This document shows, one piece after another, positions 13,990 through 27,667 of a DNA stretch of 64,000 bases. Below the pieces are notes generated by a model. The model was not told the origin of the DNA. It worked only from the letters and a program-made list of their open reading frames with translations, and did no database searches. Position 1 is the first letter of the stretch. Each line of letters starts with the position of its first letter. Position numbers and translations under genes: made by a program. This stretch comes from Takakia lepidozioides (Eukaryota; Plantae; Bryophyta): the NCBI GenBank assembly GCA_030704615.1, contig CM060731.1, forward strand, positions 1,674,001 through 1,738,000, read 5' to 3'.

Positions 13990-16900
13990 CAACGCTTCTT
14001 CCGCTTTTGAGGTCGCCCTTCGAACGCTGCAACTGCCTCGGATGCGTTTCCCATTTCTGAGGCACGCACCCAAGATGCCTCCACAAGATGATAGCCCTTC
14101 CATTTGACGAGATACTCCGTTTCTCGGTTCTTGAACCTCCTCGACTTAAGTATTGCCTCCACCTCGTACTCGGTTCATTTTCATGATCCAACAGCATAGG
14201 TGGCGAACGCAACACTTGCTGCCGATTCGGACGTGCTTCATCTTTGAAGTAAGGCTTCAAAAGGGAGACATGGAATACTGGGTGCACCTTGCTGTTTGCT
14301 GGCAGCTCCAATTCATACACATCCTCATTCATAACCCTCCGAATGCGAAAGGGACCCGCATACGGAGGTACGAACTTCGGACTCATTTCCGGAGGTAGTC
14401 GAAAATTCTTGATGTTCAACCAGACCTCTGTGCCTGCCTCAAACTTCACTTCCCTCCGCTTCCGATTCGCCTGCCTTTCATACCGTTTCCTAGCTTTGGC
14501 AATGTTGTACTTTGCGAGCTTCAACAAACGCTCGCGTTCTTCCAGTACCGCCGCTACTGCCGGTTCCTCAACGTCCTGGGCGGCCCAACTTGTCGGCACC
14601 AGAGGTGCTTTTCCATAGACCAACACAAAAGGGGAAACTCCCGTCGCGGAGTGTTCTGTGTTATTATAACAGAACTCTGCCGCGTCTAAGTGTTCCATCC
14701 AGTCTGATTGGTCTGCCGACACGTAATTCCGCAAGAATTGCTTCACTACGGAATTCACTCTTTCCGTTTGGCCGTCCGTCGTAGGTCGGAAGGCGGTGCT
14801 CATCTTCAGCCTCGTCCCCATCTTCTTCCAAAGTGCTCTCCAGAATTTACTCGTAAACTTTGGGTCGCGGTCCGAGACAATATCCTTCGGGACTCCATGA
14901 TGCTTTAAGACGTGGGCGAAGTAAAGTCGCCCTGTCTCCTGCGCAGTTGCCGTCTCCTTGGTGGGGATGAAATGGGCCATTTTACTGAACCTATCTACCA
15001 CCACCATGATTGCATCGAATCCTTTTGACAGCGGCATAGCAGTCATGAAATCCATCGAGACGCTTTCCCAAGTCCCCTCTGGAATCGGCAAGGGTTGTAA
15101 CAGCCCCGCTTGCTTTTTATACTCGCTCCGGTTTTGTTGGCATGTGGTGCATGTCTTTACATACTCCTCTGCCTCCTCCCTCAGTTTGGGCCAGAAATAC
15201 TCTTTCTTCAAGAGTGCCGCAGTGCGCTTGGCTCCACCGTGGCCCGCAAGCGGGCTATCATGGCATTCTCTCAAGAGACTATCCCTGATCCCTCCCTTTG
15301 GCACATAGAGACGTTTTTGCTTATACCGGAGCAGTCCGTTTTGCAAGTGGAACTGCGATTTAACCCCCATTCTCAAGTTCTGCATCACGCACTTTGCCAG
15401 CTCATCCTTCCGGCAAGCCTTCCGGATCTTCCTTTGGAGCGCCGTCTCGCCCTTGTACACCAACAAGAGCTGCTGCTTTCTACTTAAAGCATCGGCCACC
15501 ACATTGTCCCGTCCCGGTTTGTACTGGATATCCACGTCGAACACTGCCAAAGTATCTTGCCACCTAAGTTGTTTTGGGGACAACTTGGGCTGCGTGGCAA
15601 AATACTTCACCGTGACATTGTCCGTGAACACCTTCACTGGGTTGGAACCAACATAGTGGCGCCAGAGTTCAAGGCAATGTACCACCGCCTTCATCTCTTT
15701 TTCGTGCGTCGGCCACCGTCGCTCCACTTCATTCAGTTTCTTACTTTCGTAAGCCACTGGACGTCCATCTTGCATAAGTACACCCCCAATTGCGAAGTCC
15801 GATGCATCTGTATGAATCTCAAACGGACGATCGAACTCCGGGATTTTTAAGACTGGAGCTTCCGTCATCCGCTGCTTCAATTCAGCAAAAGCTTGGCCAC
15901 AAAATGTGTTCCATACCCAGACTTTGGATTTACACAGAAGGTCCGACAGCGGCCCCGCGATCTTGGCGAAATTTCTCACATACTTCCGGTAATAGGAGGC
16001 GAGTCCTAGGAAGGATCGCACTCCCGGGACCGAAGTCGGAGGCTCCCAGTCCAAGATCGCCCTCACCTTTCTGTCATCCATTTTGATCCCATCCTGTGTA
16101 ATCACGTGCCCAAGAACTCCACTTTTGTGACCCCGAATTCGCACTTTGAAGCTTTGGCATACAGCTTCCCTTCTCGCAATTTTTGGAACACCCTTTTGAG
16201 GTGCTCCAGGTGCTCCTCCTTTGTTTTCGAGTACACCAAGATGTCGTCGATGTACACGATCACAAAGTCATCCAACCACTCCTGGAAAAGGCTGTTCATC
16301 AGCGTGCTAAATGTCGCTGGTGCATTGGTGAGCCCAAAAGGCATCACCAAGAACTCATATGAACCATACCTTGTCCTGCACGCGGTCTTCTCCTCATCTC
16401 CTTCCGCCACCCGAATTTGGTGATAGCCGGAGCGCAAGTCGATCCGGCTGAAATACTTCGCTCCTGCCAACCGATCGAAGAGGTCGTCGATCCTTGGCAA
16501 AGGGTACCGGTTTTTGATAGTCACCTTATTCAGAGCCCTGTAATCGACACACATCCGCAGCGTCCCATCCTTCTTGTCTGCAAATAGCACCGGGGCTCCG
16601 TAAGGTGACTTACTCGGCCGGATGTACCCCTTTGACATTAGATCTTTGAGCTGAGTCTTCAGCTCGACCAACTCTTTGTGGCTCAACCGGTAGGGCGCCT
16701 TGGCAGGCGGTTCCGATCCCGGTATCACCTCAATTTGTGGTCAACTCCTCTTCGCGGTGGCAAGCCGCTTGGTAAATCCTCCGGCATCACATCCTGGTAT
16801 TTCTCCAAAATCCCCTTGATCCAATCTGGGCTCGGCTCCCCATCGCCTTCTCCTTTCACTTCTCTAATGTAAAGCAAAAACTGGGACTCGTGTGTCTCCT

Positions 16901-18545
16901 CCACGGCCCACTCCTTTGCTGATAGAAGGTTTATTCGCCCTCCCACGGATTTGGGCGTTTCCGACACTCGTAAAACCTCGCCACCATTCCCACATGGCAG
17001 CGTGACTACTCTCTTGCGGCCATCTATGACCGCTCCGGATTTGCTCAAAAAGGTCATTCCCAAAATGAGATCCACTCCATCGATCTCGCAGATAGTGAAG
17101 TTCTCACGTCCCTCCCAACTCCCCAGTTGAAGAGGAACATCAAACGCCAACCTTGTCGCCAACTGAGGTTCTCCTTTGGCAGAGCGCACCTCAATAGAGG
17201 CCCCCACGTCACTTGTCGGGAGTCCCAACTTTCGCGCCACCGCCGGCGTCATGAAGGAGTGCGACGCTCCTGTGTCCACCAACAACGACACATTAGTTCC
17301 GGATATTATCCCATCCACGAACAATAACTGACTCCCTTTTCGTAAGGCGCCAGTTTCCTGATACAACTCACAAGAAAATTTGCCTACCTTGCAAGTCCTG
17401 GCGACCACCGCTTCCACCAAGCGACTGATGGTATCTTCCGACAGCTCCGTGGTCGCCCGAGTCATGTTCAATTGCCGGGGCTTCGTGCACTTCTTGGCCA
17501 TGTGCCCGGGCTCCCCGCAATTGAAACACACTCCATCAAAGGTCGCCTTCTGTCCGCCATAAGTCGCTCCACCCGCTTTTCCTTTCGAAGCACCGGGTGC
17601 CGCCTTGACGTGTGAAGGACCTCCCTTCGATTTCCACGTGCCATTTTCGCCGCGTGGCCTATCCCACTTCTTTTCCGGTCGGGAGGAGTCCCTTCCCGCC
17701 GGGTCTTCTTGTGGTTCAGCTCCGTACGGCCTTGTCTCTCACCCCTAGGGACATCCGAGAAACATTCAGCTCTCTCAATTGCCTCGTTCAAAGTCTTGGG
17801 TGGCTTCTCCTCCAACTTCCGCCTAGCCCATGGGGCCAGTCCCGCCACAAAGTTGAAGACCATTTCTGGTTCTGCCATGTCCGCGACTTCGAGCAACAGC
17901 ACATTGAAAGCCTGGACATACCCCGAATGTCATCTGTTTGCTTCAAATTCCTCATCTTGTCCGGGCAAGCCAGGATGCGTTGAGGGGCACAAACTGTCTC
18001 TTCATCAATTCCTTGAACTCACTCCAGTTCAAGGTTTCCGGGCTTGGGCCTCGGTCGTGAAGGCGTTTCTGCCACCATTGTTGAGCATAGCCCCTCAAAT
18101 AGGTGGGAGCCACTTCCACCCGATCCTCGTCACTCAACTTGGCCGCCCGGAAGTACTGCTCTAGCTCCAGGAGCCAGGTGTTGAGTGCCTTCCGGTTTCG
18201 AACGCCCTCGAAGGTGCCGGGTTCCTTAGGCTTCACCTTAAACTTTGCCTTGGTGGAAGTGGCATTAGCCGCCTTCAACACGTCTTTCAACGTCCCGCCA
18301 AACTGCGCCAACAACCCTTCCCAAAAGGCTGCCGGCATGGGAGGCATCTCTTGGTTTGTCGGAGCTCTCAAAGATTCCTCGGGCTCCGACTCCTCGGATT
18401 CCTCCCGCTCCTGAGCGGCCTCGTTTTCGGAAACATTAATCGCTTCCTCAAACGGCCGCCTCGGTGACACGTCGCCCCCATCGGGCTCACCGGGATCATC
18501 ATCTTTTGGGCCGTTCCGCTTTCGCTTCGGCTTGCCCGACCCCAT
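13990..18545 (-). CDS. Chromovirus gag-pol polyprotein broken by several single-base frameshifts
   Basis: ORFs 17952-18608, 17468-17902, 16725-17531, 16102-16728 and 13931-16144; chromodomain EYEVEAIL...YLVKWKGY at ~14020-14175 in a shifted frame. Confidence 0.9.
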
Positions 18546-18586
18546 GATGAGGCCAATCCCAAGGACGATCGCGTACTGAACTCTAA

Positions 18587-18598
18587 GCTCTGATACCA
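18587..18598 (-). promoter_or_regulatory. Primer binding site (tRNA-iMet)
   Basis: TGGTATCAGAGC on the minus strand, just inside the 5' LTR. Confidence 0.9.
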
Positions 18599-18600
18599 AG

Positions 18601-19325
18601 TGTCGCACACCTCAGTTCGGTAAACTCCCCTTCAAGTCATAGTTACTCGCTTTGATGCGCGCGCCTGACTCCCAACCTGGCCGCCGGGCCAACTTGGAGT
18701 TTCGGCTGCTCACCGGGACATAACGGTCCCCTTCCGCTTCCCTCTAAACCCTCCACCTATTTGGGACTAGGAGAATTCCCTTTGGTAGATGGCAGTCCGG
18801 AACAGCTCCCCACTCTTTGGTCGCTTTCCGGCTCGCTCGCTTACTCACTAGTTTTTGGTCACCAACGGGCTTGCACCGTTCTCGGGGTTACTACTCCCTA
18901 TATATACTTCTGTAGCTGTCCGCGGGGGTTTCATAACCAGCCATGCCATTTTATGGCGAACCACCACGAAAACCCTCGACTCCCGGTGGTGAGTCGCGGT
19001 GAGTCTTGGCCCACTCACCGCGGCCCCAATGGACCGTGATGAGTCCCAAGACTCCCCACGACTCCCACCTCGAGGTCTCCACCCCATGGTGAGTCCTATG
19101 CCACCCCCACTAAGTCCCACTAAGCTACCACCACCCCTTGTGGAGCCACCTCCACCGCAACCCGGTGTGCGGGGCTCCACCTAGTGAGCGCCTCCGCCTC
19201 CTTGAGTGCCTTTGGGCACTCAAAGGTGCTTCAGCCCCCCATACCTATCGCTGCCGCTGCCCCCACCACAGGGGCAGCCCCTCATGTGTCCCGACCCCCT
19301 GCCCTCAAGGCAAAGGGCCGCGACA
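18601..19325 (-). repeat. 5' LTR of chromovirus copy 1
   Basis: TGTCGC...GCGACA, adjacent to the PBS. Confidence 0.95.
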
Positions 19326-19330
19326 CCCCT

Positions 19331-19664
19331 GGCCTCTTCAGCTGCCTTTTCTCTTTCCTCCTGGCTAGCATTCTGTCTCGTCTGCTCTTTTGCCCTCTCT
19401 TTTGCCCTCTCACGGGTTTCTGTTTCTTACTAGGGCTAGCAGCAGGGAGCCCTCCAGGACGACCACCTTTGATTGAGGCGAACTGACACCCTCGCGCGCA
19501 CTGCTCACTCCCCCCTCCGCAGCCCGTGACTGCTCTCTCGCCGGGGATTGCATGTGCTTAGCTTTCTTCTTTTTCTTTGCGTGGGCGGGCCCTACTGCAT
19601 GTGCATGAACAACCTCCATTTCCGGATCTGCTGTCCTCATGTCCTCACGCCCTTCACCTGCCAT
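19331..19664 (-). pseudogene. 5' coding part of the copy-1 ParB-like gene, split off by the chromovirus
   Basis: Removing the LTR element and one TSD restores the frame ...SQEEREKAAEEARGAQMTDANVSEGRTK, continuing into ORF 11958-12347; the start codon is uncertain. Confidence 0.65.
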
Positions 19665-20559
19665 GCCGCCTGCACCAACCTCCCCAATGCCTACTCTGTC
19701 GTACTGTCGTTGCAAGTCCTCCCGTCCACCAACAAAAGGCTTAAGTTTGCCCTCTCGCCCCAAGTTGGGCGATTCAAACATGCGATGAGTTGGAGCTGTC
19801 GATGATACCACCACTCTGTCATTGACAAAAATCGTGAAAACCAATATCGGTGCAAAAAGCAACATCGCAACGAGCAGCGCAACCACCATAGCAACAATCG
19901 TGTAGCAAAAATGAAAACATAACAAGTTTAGGAAGTATGGAGAGCCATGCAACAACAATGAAAACAAATGCAACCATTGCCTGAGAATGACATGCACAAG
20001 CAGCCTTCTCCAGAGCTGCCGGATTTGCACACGCATTGCAAACAATCTAAGGTTCACTCAACTATCTAAAGTTCACTCATACAGCGAAACCAGGATGAGA
20101 TGCAAAAACAAAGCGAGGTAACAAAGCGAAAGCAAAAAATAAATCGAACAAACCGAAAGCAGAAGTGGCTTGCCTGAGAGTACTCGGCTTCAGTTGGCGC
20201 AGGTTGTGAGCAAGACACTAGAATCTCCTGCTGGAGCTTCAGTTTGGCCATGCGAGAGATTGGCCGTCGTCTGTAGTACAGAGCTTTCAACTTCCGCCGC
20301 GGTCTGGATGTGAGGTCTCTCTCAGGAGAGCCACGCCCTTCAGGCGGCATAAGTCCCAGCCAAAAAGATCTCCTTTTTTGGGGTACATGCCTCGAATAGC
20401 ATGTTAAGCCAAGATTAGCATGAGATTTAGGGTACGTGTCCAGGAAGCCATGCGTCAGGAAGCCAGCCCGAATGATAACCGACGGCGGTCGACATTTATG
20501 CCCAACTGCGCAATTAAATGTCGGATGAAGCCCTCCATGTCGGATGAAAATCGACGTAA

Positions 20560-22060
20560 ACAGTCCCGGAATTTCCAACGTAGAGGTAATTCGGAGCGCT
20601 GCACGATGGAATTCCGGCGCCATATTTCCATCCTGCAGGTAATTCGGAGCGCCGAATTTCCATCCAGCAAGGTAGGCGGCGCTGGAAATTTCCCTCACGC
20701 AGGTAATTCAGAGCGCGCGGATGGAAATCCGGTGCCGGATTTCCATCCGCGCAGGTCGGGCGTCGCGCCAAATTTCCCTCACGCAGGTAATTCGGAAGCG
20801 CGCGGATGGAAATCCGGCGCCGAATTTCATCCGCGCAGTTCGGGCGGCGCGCCAAATTTCCCTCACGAAGGTAATTCGGAAGCGCGCGGATGGAAATCCG
20901 GCGCCGAATTTCCATCCGCGCAGGTCGGGCGGCGGGCCAAATTTCCCTCACGCAGGTAATTCAGAAGTGCGCGGATGGAAATCCGGCGCCGAATTTCGAT
21001 CCGGTAGGTAAGTGGAATCCCGGATGGATGGAAATTCGGCGCCGAATTTCCATCCTGCAGGTAAGTCGGATCGCTGGCGTATGGATATTCGGCGCCGAAT
21101 TTCCATTCGCCATGTATTTCATCGCTCAGAATTACCTTCCTGCAAGTAATTCTGAACGAGGAATTACCTTCCTACCGGCATCGATAGGAATTACCTGCAG
21201 GAAGGTAATTATGAGCGATGAAATTCATGGCGAATGGAAATTCGGCGCCGAATATCCATACGCCAGCGATCCGACTTACCTGCTGGATGGAAATTCGGCG
21301 CCGAATTTCCATTTATCCGGGATTCGAATTACCTGCTGGATGGAAATTCGGCGCCGAAATTCCATCCGGGGGATGGTCTCTGTCGGAGAGGTGCTGCCTC
21401 TCCGCCGCTCTGTTGGATATTCGGTGCCGAATTTCCGTTCGGGGGTTTGAAATATGACGGCCAGGTGCCGACCTCTCCCCCTCCCCAACTGCATTGGAAC
21501 GGCCCCGAATTGAAATTCGGCGCCGTTTTCCCATGTGGGGAGGTTTTTATGTCGGCCAGTTTTCGGTCTGACCCCCCGACAAGACTTCCTTTGGGGGGGC
21601 CCGGATGGAAATTCGGCGCCGAATCTGCATCCAGGGGATGCTCTCTGTCGAACACGTGCCGACCTCTACGCCCGAGGCGACTTCATCCGGGCGTCCCCTG
21701 TTCGGTATTCGGTGCCGAATTTCCGTCCGGGGGTTGAAATGTGACGGCCAAGTGCCGGCCACTCCCCCCTCCCTGACTGCATCCGAACCGCCCCGGATGG
21801 AAATTCGGCCACTCCCCCCTCCCTGACTGCATCCGAACCGCCCCGGATGGAAATTCGGCGCCGTTTTTCCATCTGGGGATGTTTTTATGCCATCCAATTT
21901 TCGGCCTGACCCCCCGACACGACTCCCTTTGGGGGGCCCGGATGGAAATTCGGCGCCGAATTTCCATCCAGGGGATATTCTCTGTCGCACACGCGCCGAG
22001 GCGACTTCATCCGGGCTTCCTCTGTTGGATATTGGGTGCCGAATTTCCATTCGGGGGTAG
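20560..22060. repeat. Palindrome array (GGATGGAAATTCGGCGCCGAATTTCCATCC consensus) between the divergent ParB-like and transposase genes
   Basis: About 18 copies in ~85-bp, 53-bp and ~96-bp units; includes an inverted duplication at 20972-21368. Confidence 0.95.
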
Positions 22061-22353
22061 TAATGTGACGGCACGGTGCCGGCTTCTCCCCTTCAGCCGT
22101 CATCATCCGGACGGCCCCCCACTTTCTGACTGCATACCGTTGGCAGTTATTGCGCAAAGACCAGGGGCCGCATTCCGGAGACAAGGTTCATTAACACTCT
22201 GACTGTGTATTTTTGAGATAGTTGGCTCTCTGGATTTGGATCAGGCTTCGTCGCTCGGACAAATCGGCATCGCATTCATTCCCATCGCTGCACCCCCTTC
22301 TACCAGGGAGCTTCCCAGCACGCCATCCTGGCAGTCTTGTGTGCACATCTCCC

Positions 22354-25300
22354 ATGGCGGAAAACCCGAGCGCTCCAGTGTACTGCCCTCCTCACGAGCA
22401 TAGAGCTTCATTTCCGTGCAGAGGGGACACCTGCCGGGTGATGGAGAAATATCTGTGCGTTCGATACCACCTGAAACCGGGGTCGGTTTTTTTGGAGGAG
22501 GAAAGGAAGGACTCTAACGGCCTTGTTGTTGAGAGTATTGTTGTGCTCCACGATGATTTCGGCGATGGCAGGGAATGGCGAGTTCCACCATCGGACAGCG
22601 TCATATACAGGGCTGTTGGGGACTTCATTTGCCCGCCAAATGCACCTTCTATCCTGGCGCCTTCCACGAAACAATCCGCGAATCAGAGAGTGGCTACCTC
22701 AAAGAGAGAAGTCCGCAACGAAGTAAATCCAGAGCCGAACCCATCCATGAAGACGAGCGAGAACCGGGTTGTTCACAACCTGTCCGACTCAGACGAGGTC
22801 ATGGAAGTTCCGAGGTCGTCCTGGAGATCAGGCAAGTCCTCAATGGACGTCAGTGGAGGAGGGAGTCATATTCCCAGCACGAGCACCGCAGTTCGATCTA
22901 TTCTTGAAATTCTGCGAGGGCTTCACCTGGAAGGACACCGGTCGGAGCTGGCTGGGCTGGACTACAGCAAGTTCGCAATTAAATCGGTTACATGCCTTCC
23001 CGCCGACGTCGACGGTAATATCTTCTTTGAGTTCCCTCCTCGGGCGGACTACTCGAGGGCGTCCGGAATGTTGACAGATATGGATAGAAAACATGACGGT
23101 CTTCCTTGGTGCGTTACCAAAACCACCAGCATGAAGATGCTCGATGGTGTGCGGGTGCGCTACGTTGTTTGTGCGGGCGCGTTGCGGTGTTTCTCCCCAA
23201 CTTGCTTCCACTTTAAATCCAGAGGTCACAGGAACGAGACCGATTGGACAGGCACAGCTCACCAACCATTTCGAGCTCAGGAGAAGGTTCCAAACTCCAC
23301 ATTTAAGTGTGCGCATTGCAAAGAACCACCACACTGCATGTCTGTTTGTAATGCCAAGTAGTTCTATGTGTTGCACCGTTTCCCTGACCTCATCCGAGCT
23401 TGCATACACGTTGGTTCCCATTGTCACAAATTGGCGAGGGGGAACTTGCGGGAGGCTGCCCACGAAGCAGAGCAGCTGAGAAGGAAATGGAGGCATTGCT
23501 GGAGCCGGTGTCCCATGTATGTTCACCGAATGTCCGAAACCACATTGTCTCATGCAAACAGATAAATGGTCGTGGCTCGGATATGCACTCCATTCTGGAG
23601 GTGAAGCGACGATGTGGATATGACTACATTCATGGAAGTAGGTTTCCAGGACAAGGGACTGAGGCAGATCGTTGTTTCGTATTCAAAATGTCCACGTGTG
23701 GACCTGGCAGCGGCGTCGAACTGGTCGACAGGATGACGAGTGGGAACTTGTCAAACAGTTGGGTCATGTTCGACCATATCAAGCGAATTACAAATCACCA
23801 GTGGGTGACAATGGGTGCACATGTCTACGACACCCACTGCAGGATGCTAATGACAATTGCTATTTGTGAGATGAAAGGAGAGGACGCACAATCGGAGATG
23901 CTTCTTTGGCAGGGAATAAACGAACAGATGGCCAAGGCGGGATCGCCCCCTCCCAATTTCCGTGGTTTCATGGCGGACAACGCACAAGCAAATTGGGCTG
24001 CCATTCGAAGGGTGTACGGGCAAGACCCCAATGTTCCCATGGAAGGCAAGGAGAGATCTTGTGGGTTCCATTTTCTGCAGAGCCTTTCGCAGTACACAAC
24101 CAGGCTCGTGGCGCCAGATTTCAGAGAGGAGCACCGTTCCATGTGCCTTGCGTGGAAGCGCGCTCCCACCTTGGATGATGCAGAGACACAGTTTGCATGC
24201 ATACGGGCTTGGTGGACATCGTCAGGTGCTGTAAGGAAATCAAACGAGGGAGCAATGGTCAGTTGGCTAGCATGGTGGCATTATCGTTTCCTCCAGTTCG
24301 GCGACTATATGCGGGAGGTGAGTTGCACGAATTCGCGTCCCGTTGAATTATTCTTGGCCATATTTGTAACTTGCTTGTAACCTGAACATGTGCTTGTGCA
24401 GGAAATGTGTCTCGACTCCGACACCGACATGCCCACGACAAACATGGCCGAATCAGTGCACTCTTCCTGGCGTGCCTCCTCTGCGGCGCATCTGGTGGAC
24501 ATCCTCACTGCCACAACGGAGGACATTGTGAGGTCAATTATGCAGCAATGCAGGTACAACGAGCTCTTGAAAGAGAAACAGTGGGGCTTGGGGCCGGACA
24601 GGCAGGAAATGCTGATGCGAACTGCCTCTAGATCGAAGAATCCTTGGAAGTGGGCGGCGGCCTTGCGAGAGGGCCTTCGGGACACGCCATTGCTGCGAAG
24701 AGGCCAACATTTGGAAGGAGATGTTCATACCCATCCAGTGAGACGAAGACTTGACGAGGCACCTGGCGGAGAAGAGGATTCATGGCGAGCGGACAAGAAT
24801 ATTTGCACGCTCCCTCGTGGTCCCGTGATGTTGCCCGAGGAGGTCTCATCGAGCACCGCAAGTCCTGCACGTTCAAGATCGCCATCTCCTTTAAGCACAG
24901 GGCGCGTGCCCCGGCAACATAACGAGCCATCTGTAGTAAAGCAGTACAACATTCCCATTGTGGAGACAAGAGTGTCGGAGTCACAGTGGAGAATTGCGAG
25001 GACATTGCTGGCATTTCGAGGGAAGTGCTGCGCCATCCGGGTGGATACGAGAGCACGCTGTGGTGAGATGATTCGGAGGAACCCACACGGTGCTGTACCT
25101 GTACCTTGTTTCAGCGGCAGATTTTTGACTCCCACATTTGCTCACGCCACAACGCAGACATTTTGGTTCTGTAGGCACGACATAATGACCTGTGTATTTG
25201 GCAAGCCCAAGTACGGGATTCAGGGAATGCCGGAGCCTCCGGGCGTCTGGCCTGTTGCACCGGGTTGCAGCCTCTCTCAGAATGAGGCGGATGCTCTATC

Positions 25301-25820
25301 TGCAGCAGGATTTTGAATGGTGCAACGCACAGACATCCCGGCCCACGCATTTCCGGTTCCTCAGACCCAGCCATTGCAGACTGCTCGGTCCAGTAGAGAC
25401 GGATTGGACAATTCTGCACATCCCACAATGCGATTCGGAAGAGTGAAGAGACGACACCCTCCCAACAAGTTGAATGAGACTCGGATTGCCAATGCTCTTG
25501 GGATGGCTTGCACTATTCAGAGCTCCGTGGACGTACCCCCACCCGGCCTTGGGCGTGTGTATCAGATGGCAACGGCCGGCTCGGCTGTACGCGACGATGT
25601 ATACACAATTACGATTGGAGTGGAGCCGACTTGCAATTGTACGGACTTCTCGTTGATGGAAGCAAAGAAGGGTTCGAAGTATTATCCGTGCAAGCATCTG
25701 TATTACATCTACCTGAAGAGGTTGAGGATGAATGACTATTGATGACTTTATTCATGCACCGGCGTTGAGCGTGAACGAGCTGCACAAACTCCTCCTTAGG
25801 GATTCCAGAAATCATTGATG
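22354..25820 (+). pseudogene. Mutator-like DDE transposase with an N-terminal Cys/His (GCM/WRKY-like) region and a C-terminal SWIM finger; contains stops and frameshifts
   Basis: WVMFDH (D), FMADNAQANWAAIRRVYG...CGFHF (D and CxxH), TTNMAESVHS (E), SWIM CNCTDF...PCKH; intron 24318-24401; stops at 23359 and 25314. Confidence 0.8.
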
Positions 25821-25969
25821 GGGCAAACGGAATCCTCCATATGGATATTTTCAAATGCATTTTGCTGTATCAGACTTTTTTTGCAGTGTAATGAAATGCA
25901 CCCCAAAACTCCTGGAATGAGGCAATATTCCATTCAAACTGAGATCCAACAGAAGCAGTTGTGGGGCCA

Positions 25970-26410
25970 TTTCTGGAAAAATGGCGCCGAATTTCTCTTT
26001 TTGGGGCCGAAAACTGGCTAAGTCCCAACATGCACTGGTACCTGTGTCTGGGAAAATGGCGCCGAATTTCTCTTTTTGGGGCCGAAAACTGGCCAAGTCC
26101 CAACATGCACTGGTACCGTGTCTGGAAAAATGGCACCGAATTTCTCTTTTTTGGGCCGAAAACTGGCTAAGTCCCAACATGCACTGGTACAGTGTCTGGA
26201 AAAATGGCGCCGAATTTCCTTATTTTGCGCCGAAAACTGGCTAAGTCCGAACATGCACTGGAAAAATGGCGCCGAATTACCTGTCATGAGGGGACCTATA
26301 GCCGCGGAATTCGGCACCATTTTTCGCCAGAGAGACCTATTACCGCGAAATACGTCGCCGTTTTTTCAGGTTACGGACCCTATTACCGCGAAATTCGGCG
26401 CCATATTTGC
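25970..26410. repeat. Subterminal ~74-bp tandem array with a GAAAAATGGCGCCGAATTT core
   Basis: Cores at 25983, 26058, 26132, 26206, 26268, and inverted at 26313 and 26397; shares GGCTAAGTCCC with the 9447 array. Confidence 0.9.
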
Positions 26411-26596
26411 ACATGTCGCTGGGAATTGGCATGAGCGGAAGACGAAATATCATGAGCACAACTGTCAAAACTGCAATTTTCCCTTCAAGGGGCCGAATAA
26501 TATATTTGTTTTTCCTGACACATTGCATTAAATTATTGTTTTTTTATTGTTTTTTATTTTCGAAATTTGTACTTCTGCTCATGAAAACCGATTGTG

Positions 26597-26651
26597 TTAC
26601 TACTCTGCTCATGCCGCTCATGCCGCTCATGCTCATGAAATAGCAAACCTC
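26597..26651 (-). repeat. Right terminal inverted repeat of MULE copy 1
   Basis: Reverse complement GAGGTTTGCTATTTCATGAGCATGAGCGGCATGAGCGGCATGAGCAGAGTAGTAA matches 37367-37434. Confidence 0.7.
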
Positions 26652-27667
26652 GTAACAACAGATGCATCCATCTCCACCATATCCTGGTTTGAATTCCAGT
26701 GTCTTCATTCCATTTTTCAAAGGCATTTTCTACTCCTCACATTTCTGTCCCCTTCAGTAGATACAAGAGACAGTTCCAAAAACTTCACAAAGTCATTCCT
26801 AAGTGCCAAAAAGGAAGCCAACACTCTTAGAACTTATCTGTCTTATACTCGTGTGAAGCGGTGGTTCTGCCTGCCAAGCTGGCACCTCACCATCGCTGTC
26901 ATCAGCCATATTCAACGCTTCTCCTCATCTTGATTCCAGTTCTCATCATGTCATGACAGCTTGCTTCATCAGCTGGCAACATCCTTGTGCTTGCCAACCT
27001 CTACCCTATCCTTCTACATGTGCACTTCTGCCCTAAGGATTGATGTGCTCCTACAGTTCTAAGACAGAAAGCAACTACAAGTCTTAATTACAGATAACCT
27101 GAATTGCATCCACACCAGCCTGCACTTCTCATGCCCCAACAGCTGTTGCTGCGCTCCATCTCCTCATAACTGTACTCTTCAAGACAATGGCGGCAGCGGT
27201 AGTGCACCGCTCTCAGCACCTGCTTAGCTTTCAAAATTGATCATTACCACGCAGAAAGAGGCACCGCTTCTCCTTGCACAAAATGCCAAGCAGATCCCTT
27301 AACGTCGCGCTTTAAGGCAAGCTGATTCACATGGCGCAGGTGTAAGTTCCCAAGCCAGCCTGCTTGACACCACTACGGCAGCATCTGCGAAGAGTTGCCC
27401 GTCAACTTCCTCCTCGTTTTCCTCAGCTCGAGTTTCTAGGTTAAACATACGCGACGAAAATCATTCATTCCAAGGATGAAAAATGCGCATGTTATGACTT
27501 AGCCATATTTTGTCCTGGCAGAGCAAGAGCATAGTGTTCCCATGGAATTACCTGTAGTCCAGGGTAATTCCCTCCCGACATTAGTACCAGGCACTCCCTT
27601 TTTCACCAATGCCGTAATTTGATGCCCAACAAAAATTTCAATGTTACTCCCGTGCATTCACACTACA

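Larger units (their letters stand above)
12360..19325 (-). mobile_element. Full-length Ty3/gypsy chromovirus (Tcn1-like) LTR retrotransposon
   Basis: LTRs TG...CA at 12360-13084 and 18601-19325; TSD CCCCT on both sides; tRNA-iMet PBS; gag, CCHC knuckle, protease (LVDTGA), RT (YIDD), RNase H, integrase (HHCC, GPF) and chromodomain. Confidence 0.97.
9447..26651. mobile_element. Large Mutator-like (MULE) DNA transposon, copy 1 (left end missing, chromovirus nested inside)
   Basis: MULE transposase, divergent ParB-like gene, three palindrome arrays and a right TIR (26597-26651) matching the end of copy 2. Confidence 0.75.

Noticed and set aside
20420-22200. Many ORFs containing MEIRRRIS/WKFGAEF, and CGAAF-type ORFs at 39650-40960 and 47970-49060
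   Set aside because: Translations of the palindromic repeats, not genes
26652-27667. Possible gene or TE fragment between the TIR and the truncated chromovirus
   Set aside because: No recognisable motif or terminus
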